DNA of 64,000 nucleotides from Chlorokybus atmophyticus (taxonomy: Eukaryota; Plantae; Mesostigma and Chlorokybus algae): contig RHPI01000260.1 of NCBI GenBank assembly GCA_009103225.1, positions 630,203-694,202 on the forward strand, written 5' to 3'. The notes beneath the pieces were generated by a model. That model searched no databases and was not told the origin of the DNA. It saw nothing but the letters and a program-made list of their open reading frames with translations. How positions within the stretch are numbered: the first letter of the stretch is position 1; every line of letters starts with the position of its first letter. Both the position numbers and the translations under genes were made by a program. Positions 25,319 through 35,980 of the stretch are shown piece by piece.

Positions 25319-28300
25319 TTAACTTGATGCAATGGGCTGCTCCTTCGAGTCCATAGCGCTTAGGAATTGCTGCAATCGTGCCACTTCGACCTCAGTGCAC
25401 TGCAATAAACTTTGCAACTGCGCTGCTTTGCCACTCGCTTTAGATGCATCTGAAAGGGCTTCTCGCGCACACCGCTCGAGTTTCGTGGCGGCATCTGTAA
25501 CAGAATTGATATAAAACTTAGGCAGCAGCACGCATGTTAACTTGTATGTCAAGGTTATACAATGGACTGACCTGCCAAAGCCATCGCGTGCAGCTGCGCA
25601 GAACCGCCTTTGAGCGAATGCGCCGCTCTATACACAACCTGCAACGATATACACATGCAACACCATGAGTACAAAGCTGCCAGGGCGCATGCATAGAAGT
25701 GAACATGACTGTGCACATGTAACTGTAAATGCTGAGATGACTACCACAAACAACGATTGCACATGTTGGTCACCATTACCTTGTACCTAAAACAAGGACA
25801 CCTACTCTCACCTCAATCTCTTCAAGAGTGACAGGCACTGTACGCAAGGCATCACGCATACTTCGGCATCTCAGTTCAGAACTCGTTCGCAGCTCGTTCA
25901 GAAGTGATGCCAAGAAGCTCTTGTCATCGCAGCATATCTCCAGCGCTGCTTCAACATCCAGTATCGCCAGCTGAGAACAGGCTGCCTGGCCACTTGTTGC
26001 ACCATTAACGAATGCAGCATCAGCTTCACTTTGCATAGCCTGCTGTGGGGATGCCGCTTCATCAACCGACCCCAATGAAGGTGTTTGCTGTTTTGAAGAC
26101 GCTTCTGAGGCGCTGCTGCTGCTTTGCATGCAGCGTGCTAATGTGGACAGCAGCTGCGTGCGCTGCACTGGTTTGGTCACGAAATCGTTCATGCCTGCAA
26201 GCAGTCTTGCATCACAACCATGCCGCATGTTGATGACAGTCAGATAATCTCTGTTTATACTGACCTGCTTCAAGGCAGCGCGAGCGATGGCCAGCGAAGG
26301 CCGTGAGGGCAACAATGGGTGTGTTTGCTGCATAGCCGCGCAATTGGCGGATGCGTCTGGTCGCTTCAAATCCGTCACAATCTGGCATCTGGCAGTCCAT
26401 TAATACAGCATCGTACGGGATGTGCGCCTGATGTTCACACACACACATAGTCAGCATATTTGTTGCATGCAATAGCGAGGCAAGTCATCACGCCCAACGC
26501 ACCTGAACGAGTTGTTCAACTGCTTCAAGACCGTTGCACGCTGTATCAATGTCCAGACCCTCCTTCTGCAACAAGTACCTAAAACGTATATATACAATGC
26601 GTGTTGCCAAGCTGGCAAGTTGGCAGATGGCTGACGGCATGCAGCCTACCTCATCAGCTTCAGGTTCTGTTCGTTGTCTTCAACAATCAGCACACGGCGT
26701 CTGGTTTGCCTTGCGGCATCACCACGCAAGACCGACAATACCAATTGCTCATCTGTTTGCGTAGTGGAAGTTTCCGTACTGCTCCCGTCTCTGAACAACC
26801 ATGATAACAAACAATCATCAAGTGGAGTGCATGATGGGTTGGTTCACATCACAATAACTAACATTAGGTATCATCGCAAAGCGCTGAGAGTCTGACTTGG
26901 TACGATAAGCACTTGCCTGGACAGCGCTGCCAGCAATGCACGGCGATGCACAGGTTTGGCAACGATAGTAAGGTTGCCTTGCCAGTCAGGTACTTCAGGT
27001 TGAAGCTGCTTGAGACTGGACTGCGGAGCCAAGATGACAACATGTATGTCGCGACCAGCACTCTTTATGATGGCTGACATGGTCTCACGCAGCGTACGTA
27101 GTGCGATGATGTCTGCTGGAGCAGGCAAGTCCATGACGAGTGCGGCAAAGCGGCCACTTGCCAGCAACAACGGCAACCTGTGAAAGATTAATTGCCATGT
27201 TGGTACCAGGCTCTGTGGTTGGACAAAGCTTTGCAAGCAGCACACTAGCAACTTGCATGCATACATACCGAATGGCAGCAACTGAAGGTGTGGCTTTGTA
27301 ACCCGCGGCTTTGATGTAATCACAAAGCACGTCGCGAACAAGCTGCCTTGGGTGAGCTACAAGGACTGCCTCCCTGCCAGTGACCTGTTCACATGCGAAG
27401 GTTACTCTATGCAAAGCTCCGTGAGACACACTTCAATGACACACTGTCCAACAGTACTCAACAGAAGGCACCCTCACTGTGTCTCAACCCAACATGTAGT
27501 GTGTTTTCAATAGCAAATAACAATCCACACGCCAGCAGCAGTGAGCGTCATTTACTACAGATTCCTCGGGATCGCCTGCTCAGATTGCACCAATGCCAAC
27601 AACGCGAATGAGGCTGCACATTGCATATTCGATCATCCATGTGCAACAATGCCAACCTCGATGTCCTCGGCTGTGCGGGTATCTATGTCCTCTGTGGCAT
27701 CAATCCACTCCACAGTGGCAATCCTATCTTCTGTGGGCTCAGGCTGTGCATTGGGCTTGCGGAGATCAACAAGCGTATCATCATCAAGCATCAGCTGCAC
27801 TTGAAAGGTGAACACGGAACCAAAGCCTTTCTTGGTGGAAACGGTTATGTCGCCACCCATCATCGCGCACAGCTGCCAGTATAGCATATGACAATTGGCA
27901 AGGTTGGCATGGACTCGACACTACAGTAAGCTACTCGATACAAGAGAAAGTGTCAAAGTGTGCGCACACGCGCACGTACCTGCTTGCAAATGACAAGGCC
28001 AAGGCCCATTCCTTCACTGCCAGAGCCTTGCACACCTTGCTGGTCTGCTATGTCGAAGCGCGTGAACAACCTCGGCATCCGGTCCGCAGCAATGCCAACA
28101 CCGCTGTCACGAACACTCACAACCAGTCTGATGGTGCCGTCCGCGCGCACTTCTTGCGCGTACGCTGCTAGGACCACTTCTCCTGTCTCTGTAAACTTCA
28201 CAGCATTTTGTAGCAGGTTGAAAATGATCTGCCATGTGACATGACACATGAGCCTTGGCAGTTGCGTTGTGTGTAACCAATGAGAAAACAAGCCTTCTGT

Positions 28301-30869
28301 GACGCAAAAGGCTAACAAGAACATGTTTGCTTCTTTTTGGCACAAACCTGTTGCAACCGGGTGGGATCACCGTACATGCGGCGTGGCATGCTGGGTTGCA
28401 CAAATGATGCTAGCTCCAAACCTTTTGAATACGCCTGAGGGGCTAACTGATCCATGCACTCTTCCACAAGCACCTGCAAGCAACATTATGTTCTTTTCAG
28501 GTGAGACGAGCAACTCAACACTAACTGGCTTACCTCTATGTCCATCTCTAAGAAGTCCAACGTGAGTTTGCCCGCCTCCATCGCACTCAGATCAAGTATG
28601 TCTTGCACTACAGATCGCAGGTCCTCCGCAGCATTTTGGATCAAACTGCACGACTGGTCTTGCTCTACAGTCAGCTGTGTCGCTGATAACAGCTGCAGCA
28701 ACCAGAGAGTGCTTGTGTGAGCAGCGACAACGCATAAGCTGTTCCATTCTGTTGAGCAGTACGAAGGTTCTGCTTGTTATGAGCTAGTTTCATGCATGCA
28801 TAGAATAAGCAGTTCCTTGCAAAACACGCCGTTCAAACCAACGGTGTCAAAGCTTTGATACCTGCACTGCAGAGATGATGCCCCCCAAAGGTGTGCGAAT
28901 CTCATGAGAAACCTGAAAAGAGTCAGTTGAAGCAACAATTACATACAGCCTTCAATGCGTGACGCTGAACAGAGTAACCGCAGATGTGATTAACGGACCG
29001 TTGCTAGGAACTGGCTCTTGGCATCTTTTGCACCCTGCAGCAGGCAATGCACCGTTTATCAGTCAGCTGTCATAAGGTGTACATGAAAAACATGCACCAT
29101 ACCTGCAGCTCGCGTATCTTGTTCTCATTGTTGGTGACGTCTCTTGACACGCCTATGACAGCTGTGGCCTCCTCGCTACCGCGCGGGACAAACGGCACCT
29201 GTGTAGCAGCAGGTTGGTTTTAACGCTCTCAGCATTAATGCAGTGAAAGGAACCAATGGCTGAATAGAGGCTGTTGCGCACAGCTCAGTCATGGCATGGC
29301 CTGTTCAAGCGCCGATGCTTGTGCTGCATGCAACAGCTTCCGTTTATGGAAGTTAAAGAAACACCGCATGTACTGGCTGCTTGTATGTGTGATATAAGAC
29401 AGTACCCACATAAGCAGCATCGTACACTCGCACGCCAGCCACTGTTGGCATCTCATGCACGGCAAAGACTTGCTCTTTCTTTGTAATGGCCTCCCTTACA
29501 AAGGGCTCAACGCCTGCAATGTAACTGCTTACACGTCAACCCACACATGAGAGCGATCACTCCAAGAATACAAGTACAATCTTACATCCTTGACACAACA
29601 ACTTACTCTTTGCCTATCACATCCTCCAGTGTTATGCCTTTGCCCACATCTTCTGACTTCACCCCCAATATCGCCGCCCCCGTGGCATTGAGATACTTAA
29701 GTTGTAGCTCCCTGACAAGTTGGCAACAAAGTCAACATCCAAGGAAACAATTGTACCTTTCAAACAGGCATGCATTGTCAACCGGTTGCTGTTGGGGGAC
29801 GCAGCAGGTTCTGCTCACCTGTCGTAGATAACAAAAACATCAGTGGATTGTTCCAGGAACTCCAGGATGCTGTCTCGCTTGACAACCTCTTGCGTCAAAC
29901 GCCTCACCGCACGCAGTATGGAACTCTGATCAAAGAGTTGAACCTGGCGTGCGAGCAGTAGCAGGTCAATCTGACTGATTAGTGGTCGTTCATTCGAGAG
30001 AAGCAGTGCTTGCCAATCAGTGTAAAATCACTGCATATCAGCCTGTGTGAATGCATGCTTTACCATCTGTCACATGTTACAATCAACCAAAAGCTGGTCT
30101 GAGTTGATGAAATACAACCGATTGCTATGGCTGACCAGCATTTGGAATGCAAGCAGAGCCAAAGGCACCACAGTGAAGAGCGCGTCGTGCTGCCGAATGC
30201 TCCAGTCCAAGCCCACCACAAGTAAGCAAACCGTAGGCCAGTAGGCATTGTGGATCTGCGCGAAAGTATGAACAGCTCTTTACAAACGACAATTGACCAT
30301 AATACAAAGTTCTTTTCACACTAAACTACCATACGACTGTGTCATAGATGGCATGGCTGGTTTTGTCGGAATGTCAATCATCATGTTTGCTCGTTGCTAA
30401 CGAACATTACACCTACATGTCGATCCATAATGCTCCCAGCGATAGCTTAACCAGCATCTAAGACCAACCCTGCTCAAAACGTACAGCATTCACTTACTGT
30501 AAGCATCCTGGCCTGCAAGCATGCAGTGAGCAAAGCAGCATGGTCCCTCACATCAGCTGACTTGGCGGAGAAGAAGGAGGCAGCCTTGCGTATATTGGGC
30601 GGGGCGCCCCAGGCCACTCGCATGGCAGAGCGCATGTCCTGCCGGCTGAGGCGGACGTCGTCGTCGTCGTCGCCGCCGCCGCCCATGTCGCCCCCGCTTG
30701 CACTCGTCACACCGTCACTGCGCCGGAGGCGCACTGCTCTGCCACCGACCTGGCTCAGCTCCAAACCCTTCAAACCCTTCGCCCTCGTCCAGCTCCGCTT
30801 CCTTCTCCTCCTCGTCCATGCTAACCCCGCCGGCCCCACCACCGCAGACACCGCCGCCGCCGCCGCCAT
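25319..30869 (-). CDS. Hybrid (tripartite/unorthodox) sensor histidine kinase: TM-PAS-HisKA-HATPase_c-REC-REC-HPt, about 20 exons
   Basis: H-box KSQFLAT|[13 protein letters not shown] (His 28904-28906); N/G1/F/G2 boxes [38 protein letters not shown]; [22 protein letters not shown]...IGVSRDVT; REC1 ALVMD...KPV; REC2 VLIVEDN...[20 protein letters not shown]...DFVTKPV; HPt [13 protein letters not shown] (His 25618-25620). The N-terminal exons are least certain. Confidence 0.9.
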
Positions 30870-31216
30870 ATCAATAGCAACCCACTTCTGCGTGTGGTTC
30901 TTGCCAAAGCCACTGTGTGCTGCAAGGCAGGGGTCAATGGTGCAAGCGACAAGTGCATGCAAAAATGGCCTGTGCAGCCTATGCTGGTTACAATGCTTGA
31001 GGTGGTGGCGTATAAGCGCTGCACGCACACGATTGCGCTTTCATTCGCACTGGAGGAGGTGAGTGTTGGGGGGTTGCTGAGGCTCGCTGGGTTTGGTGCG
31101 GGGGGAATGTCAGTGGCTGTGCATGACAATGCTAGTGCACGCACGCACGGGGGGGCCACGCGAGCATGCGTTCGGCTGTATGGGGATGTACAATGATGAA
31201 GTGTCATACTTGCAAG

Positions 31217-31218
<2 letters not shown>

Positions 31219-31258
<40 letters not shown>
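31219..31258. repeat. (CT)n microsatellite, one interruption
   Basis: Seen directly. Confidence 0.95.
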
Positions 31259-31375
31259 GCGGGGGCGCGCGCGCGCACGTGTACCCAACGTATTCCACAC
31301 CTATGGCAGATGCGGTGCTGGCAGTCACGTAGCACGTTCAGTTTGCTGCTCGTGGGAGGACGTGTTGGTGCTTGT

Positions 31376-31384
<9 letters not shown>

Positions 31385-31436
<52 letters not shown>
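31385..31436. repeat. (GA)26 microsatellite
   Basis: Seen directly. Confidence 0.95.
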
Positions 31437-31439
<3 letters not shown>

Positions 31440-31840
31440 TGCGTGCGCACACGCATATGAAGAACTACCAGCGAGGTGGTAGTCATGGGGTGGTAGATGT
31501 AACCATTTTTAGGACACTCGGGTTATATCTGTGAGTCCATGAGGGACAGTATGTGTGCGCGTTCGTGCGCCGCATTGTGTGGCCCACACACGCACATACG
31601 CATACACAGTACGGTTCTGCCTCTACCTTATCAAGTGGGTTGTGGCTGTGGTAGTGGCTGTAGTTGGGATGGTGGGTGTAGGCTGTGACATTGCATCGTC
31701 GTTCAGCCTACACCCACCTACACAGAGTAATCCTGTGTGCAGCTGCTCTTCGTCAGAGTCTCTGACTTGCAAGAGGAAAACTGAGCGTAATCTGAAGCCA
31801 TCCACTCCGTAACCTCAGGCGTAATTAGGGCGTGGCGGGA

Positions 31841-31868
31841 GCGGCGGCGGCGGCGGCGGCGGCGGCGG
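31841..31868. repeat. (GGC)n tract upstream of WDR75
   Basis: Seen directly. Confidence 0.9.
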
Positions 31869-31908
31869 GACAGCTGGCGGCATGGTGGCTTAAGGCAGTC
31901 GGGCTGTG

Positions 31909-34900
31909 ATGGCGAGGGACAACGGGTTGGGCAACGGGAATCACACGAGGCAGGAAGAGGCTGAGGCGGTGGTCAGCGAGTCGCCGGGTCCGTCGCCGCA
32001 GGCAGCGGCTACTGCGGCGGCGGCCTCTGCTGCTGCTGGGAGAAGGCAGCAGCGGAGGGGCTCCCCTATCATAGCAGGTGGACCAATTGTCTCGGACAGG
32101 CCTGTATGCTTTTCCCCCGATGGAACGAGGGCTTGCTGTAGCAGCGGTAGCACGCTGCGTGTCTTCAGCCCGGTTACAGGCCAGACGGTAAGGTTGAATT
32201 TTGGTCCATGCCTTGCTGCATGCCACATGCATGCAAGCTGCTTGCGTAATTGGTATAATTGGGCTTTTATTTGCTATGCAATTGCCCATCCAATTGACTT
32301 TATCAACCACTGCAGCTGCACATTCTCCATGGTCACACACAAAGGGTCACATCAGTTGCCTTGAACCCTTCCAATCCAACACAAGTAAGCGATTGACGTG
32401 TGCTTGCAGATGAATGGTCGTGATTATCCTGCATACAGTACAAGCCGCTTGCAGTGCAGTTGACAAGCATGCTTTGGACTGCGGCATGACTTCATTTGAC
32501 TTTGTGAATGCTAGGCGATCACGTCATCATTAGATGGTTCCTTGAGAGTTTGGGACCACACTGATGGCACCCAGATTAGGGTCATTGAAGTGGGTCTTCC
32601 AGTACATCACATGGTAAGCCAGTACTTCTCAAGGGGAGGTTTCCTTTGTTCATGCAGTGCGAGCTCTTGTCTCACATTGCACATTGTTAAGGTGTTGTCA
32701 GCGGCAACGCCAAATACAGCTTACCTGTTGACTCTTCGGCAAGATAGTGTCTGTTACTCCATATGGACTTTTGACCTGGTCGCTCAGAAAAGGCAGCGTC
32801 AACTAGGGCAGGTACGGGGAATTATCAGCTGCTGCAGTTGGTTGTAGGTACTTCAGGCACTAGTAACTTGTGCAACCTGTTAGGTTAAACAAGAAGCGCA
32901 GTTGCAAGTGAGCGGACCCGGCCACTATATTGGAATAGTGCAACACAACAGGGTTTGGTTGTGGGACGTGCGCACGTCGAAGCGAGCTGTCCTACAGCAC
33001 GACCGCAAGCTCACAGCCCTGGCTATAGACCCAACGGAGACGCGAGTAGCAGCTGGCGATGAACAGGGGAAGCTTGTGCTTTGGCACAGTATTGCAGCTG
33101 CATTCCCCACCAGTGAAATAAAGGGGAATGCACCCCAAGCTAATGGAGCAGGAGCTGTCAAGAGTGTCATGCACTGGCATGCTTTTGAAGTGACCTGCTT
33201 GCTGTTCAGTTCAGATGGCGTGCACCTGTTTTCAGGTGGGTGAAGTCATTGCTGACTAGCAGTAACAGCTCAAGATTGCCGCGTGTTATAGTATGCAGAG
33301 CATGTGCAGCGCACAGTTGATGCTCAACTTCATGCATGCAGGTGGTATGGAGGCTGTGCTTGTAAAATGGCAAGTGCGGTCAGGCAGCCGTAGCTTTCTG
33401 CCCAGGCTGGGTTCTCATCTCTTAGCCCTAGCACACACTCCCGACCCGGCAGTCATTGCTGTATCCTTTGCTGACAACTCCGTGCGTTTGATCAACGTTG
33501 CCACATTCAAGGTGAGTAGAGTTTTCTTTGTGCGTACAGTTCAGTTCAAAGACCGACTGGTGGGATGGCTCTTGATGGTCACCTCCCCTTCATAGGTTGA
33601 GGGCGGTATACAAGGCATAAAACCGCGCAGCTGGGCCAAGACAAAAGACAGTTTACCAGCTGCTGAGCAGCTTGTGGTGGACCCCAAGACTGGTTGCGTG
33701 GTGCTCTCAACTATTGGGGCATTGCTGCAGGTACATCTTTGCTGTGCGCTGTATAGTACACAAGTAAAACAACTCTGCAGACACAAGCCTGTCAGTGTGC
33801 TGCAACAAACAAGTTGTTTGCCTGCAGTTTTATAATGTTGGAGTCGATCGTTCAGAAGGCACATTCGAAGTAGCAAGTCGCAACATGGTGTCGTTGACTG
33901 ATGCGGATGGCAAGAAAACTCCACCTGTGGCGAAGGTCGGTGGTTACTCATACTTAATGTATGTGTGTTAAGGAAGTCAAGTGCTAACAAGGCATGTAAT
34001 GTTGTTGCAGAATCGGGTGGCATACGTTGCCTTCAGTGCGGACGGGTCAAAGATGGTGACAGTTGATGCTCGCCCTACTGAGACGGGGGCCAAGGGGCAG
34101 GCTGAAGATTACAGCTTGAAGTTCTTCTTGCGAGAGGGCGGTACAACCACCTTTCAGTTGAACACGCTGGTTGATGACCCGCATACCGATGCGGTCACTG
34201 CCCTTGTGTATAGCCCAACACAAGACATGGCAGTGACCACATCTGAAGATGGCGACTTCAAGGTGAGGGTTGCTGTCTCGACATGCACATCAATATCTTA
34301 TATTGTACTTGCATAAAGCATTGGTAATCTCATGCTGTCAATGCAGGTGTGGACGCTACAACTTGGGAGGGACGCGCTCAAGACTCGCGAACCATCAATG
34401 CGATGGAGTTGCAGGTCGGTCGGATTCTACAAGCACATGCCTCTACATGCAGCAGCATTCTCAGACGACGGGTCACTGCTTGCCATCGGGGCAGGTGAAG
34501 CCGTGACCATTTGGAACCCGCACACGAACAACCAGCTGGGGACGCTGAGCACAGCCTCCGGCTGGTACAGAACCATGCAGCTTGCATTCCTGCCGAAGTC
34601 AGTGTACTTAGTTGAAGTGGCCAAGAAGGACGCCTCGTACCTCAGAGTATGGAACCTGACCACCGGCAAGGTTGCATGGTGTTGCCAGCTGGACGTATTG
34701 TCCATAGCCACAGATCCCGCAACACCTGGCCGCTTTGCTGCAATTGTCCCGGCTCTTCGCGCTCATAAGAAGGTTACTCATCGGGGTGCGGTGCTGCTTT
34801 TTGATGTGAAGAACACCTCGCCCATAGCAGCTTGGCAAACTGCTGGCGATACAACATCACTTGTCTTCGCGCCCAAGTCCGCTGTGCAACATGGTGCCGA

Positions 34901-35258
34901 TGCTTTGGCTCAAGCAGGCTCCCGTCTGTTGGTGATGAATGCGCAGCGGGAGTTCACCATTGCATCAACATCATCTGATGATCAGCCGGATGGCCGAGCT
35001 AATGTATCTGGTGCTGCTGTGCACCAAGAAGATGCCAATATGTTGAAGGAGGTCTTTGGTGACGCTGAGCCGCCCAGCACGCAAGCTGAGGATGTTATGT
35101 TGGATGTCAGTTTGCAAGGGCGAGCCTTCAAGCCGTGGGGTTCGCTGCTGGACGCACCGTCGCACGTGCTGCCGTCTCTCACCAAGATTTTCCCGGCCAT
35201 GGTAGATACGATGCTGAGGAAACATTCAGCCAACTCGCATGAGATAAATGTCACGTGA
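31909..35258 (+). CDS. WDR75: WD repeat-containing protein 75 (UTP17/NAN1), t-UTP subunit
   Basis: GGPIVSDRPVCFSPDGT, VMHWHAFEVTCLLFSSDG, GGMEAVLVKWQ...RSFLPRLG, DDPHTDAVTALVYSP, WSCRSVGFYK, AAAFSDDGSLLA and the C-terminal APSHVLPSLTKIF all fit the WDR75/Utp17 pattern. Confidence 0.82.
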
Positions 35259-35980
35259 GAAGCTTGCAGTCCACTGCTGAAGGCTTTTGCAGCGACTGCA
35301 TATATGGTTGGTCTGGGCTGCCATGCGTGTGGTTGTGATGTGCGCACTTAGCTGCACGCGTTGTCATTACCTCGGCATCATAGCTAAGCTTGCATTCCTA
35401 AACATCATAATTGATTAGTAACGTATGTCTTGTCTTAGCGTGCCTACGCCAGTTGTTACAAACATCTTGAATGCAACCATTACTGCATCATAAGTAAGCA
35501 GTGATGCACCATCAGCCTGCCATGATAACTTGTCCTGTTCAGGTCATGCTTTTGCATACAACTTGCACTACACAACGCAAAACATAGCCATGAACTGCCC
35601 TTTGCCTCACTGCTGTCGGAGACGCAGCGTGGCGCAGTCTGATCAATCCTCGTACAGCTGCATGCAGCGCAACAGTAAGCAGTACAGACAACAACTTAGC
35701 ACGCCAGGGTCAGGACACAGCAGCCGAACAGAACCAACATTTGCATGCAACATACAGGCTGCGCAGCGCCCGTGTCATCCGCCTGGGCCGCCGCCGCCGC
35801 AGCGGTAGGGGTTTGTCGCTGTTCGTTTAGGCACAGGCTTGGCCAAGGCTGGGTGGTTGCTGCGCCGGAGGCGGCGGAGGAGGACGAGTAGGCCGACAGA
35901 TTGGGCAAGCACAAGCGCTGCTAGCTGCTTGCTTTGCTGTGCTGGGGCAGCCTTGAGCTTGGCTCATTCTGTGCGAAGCC

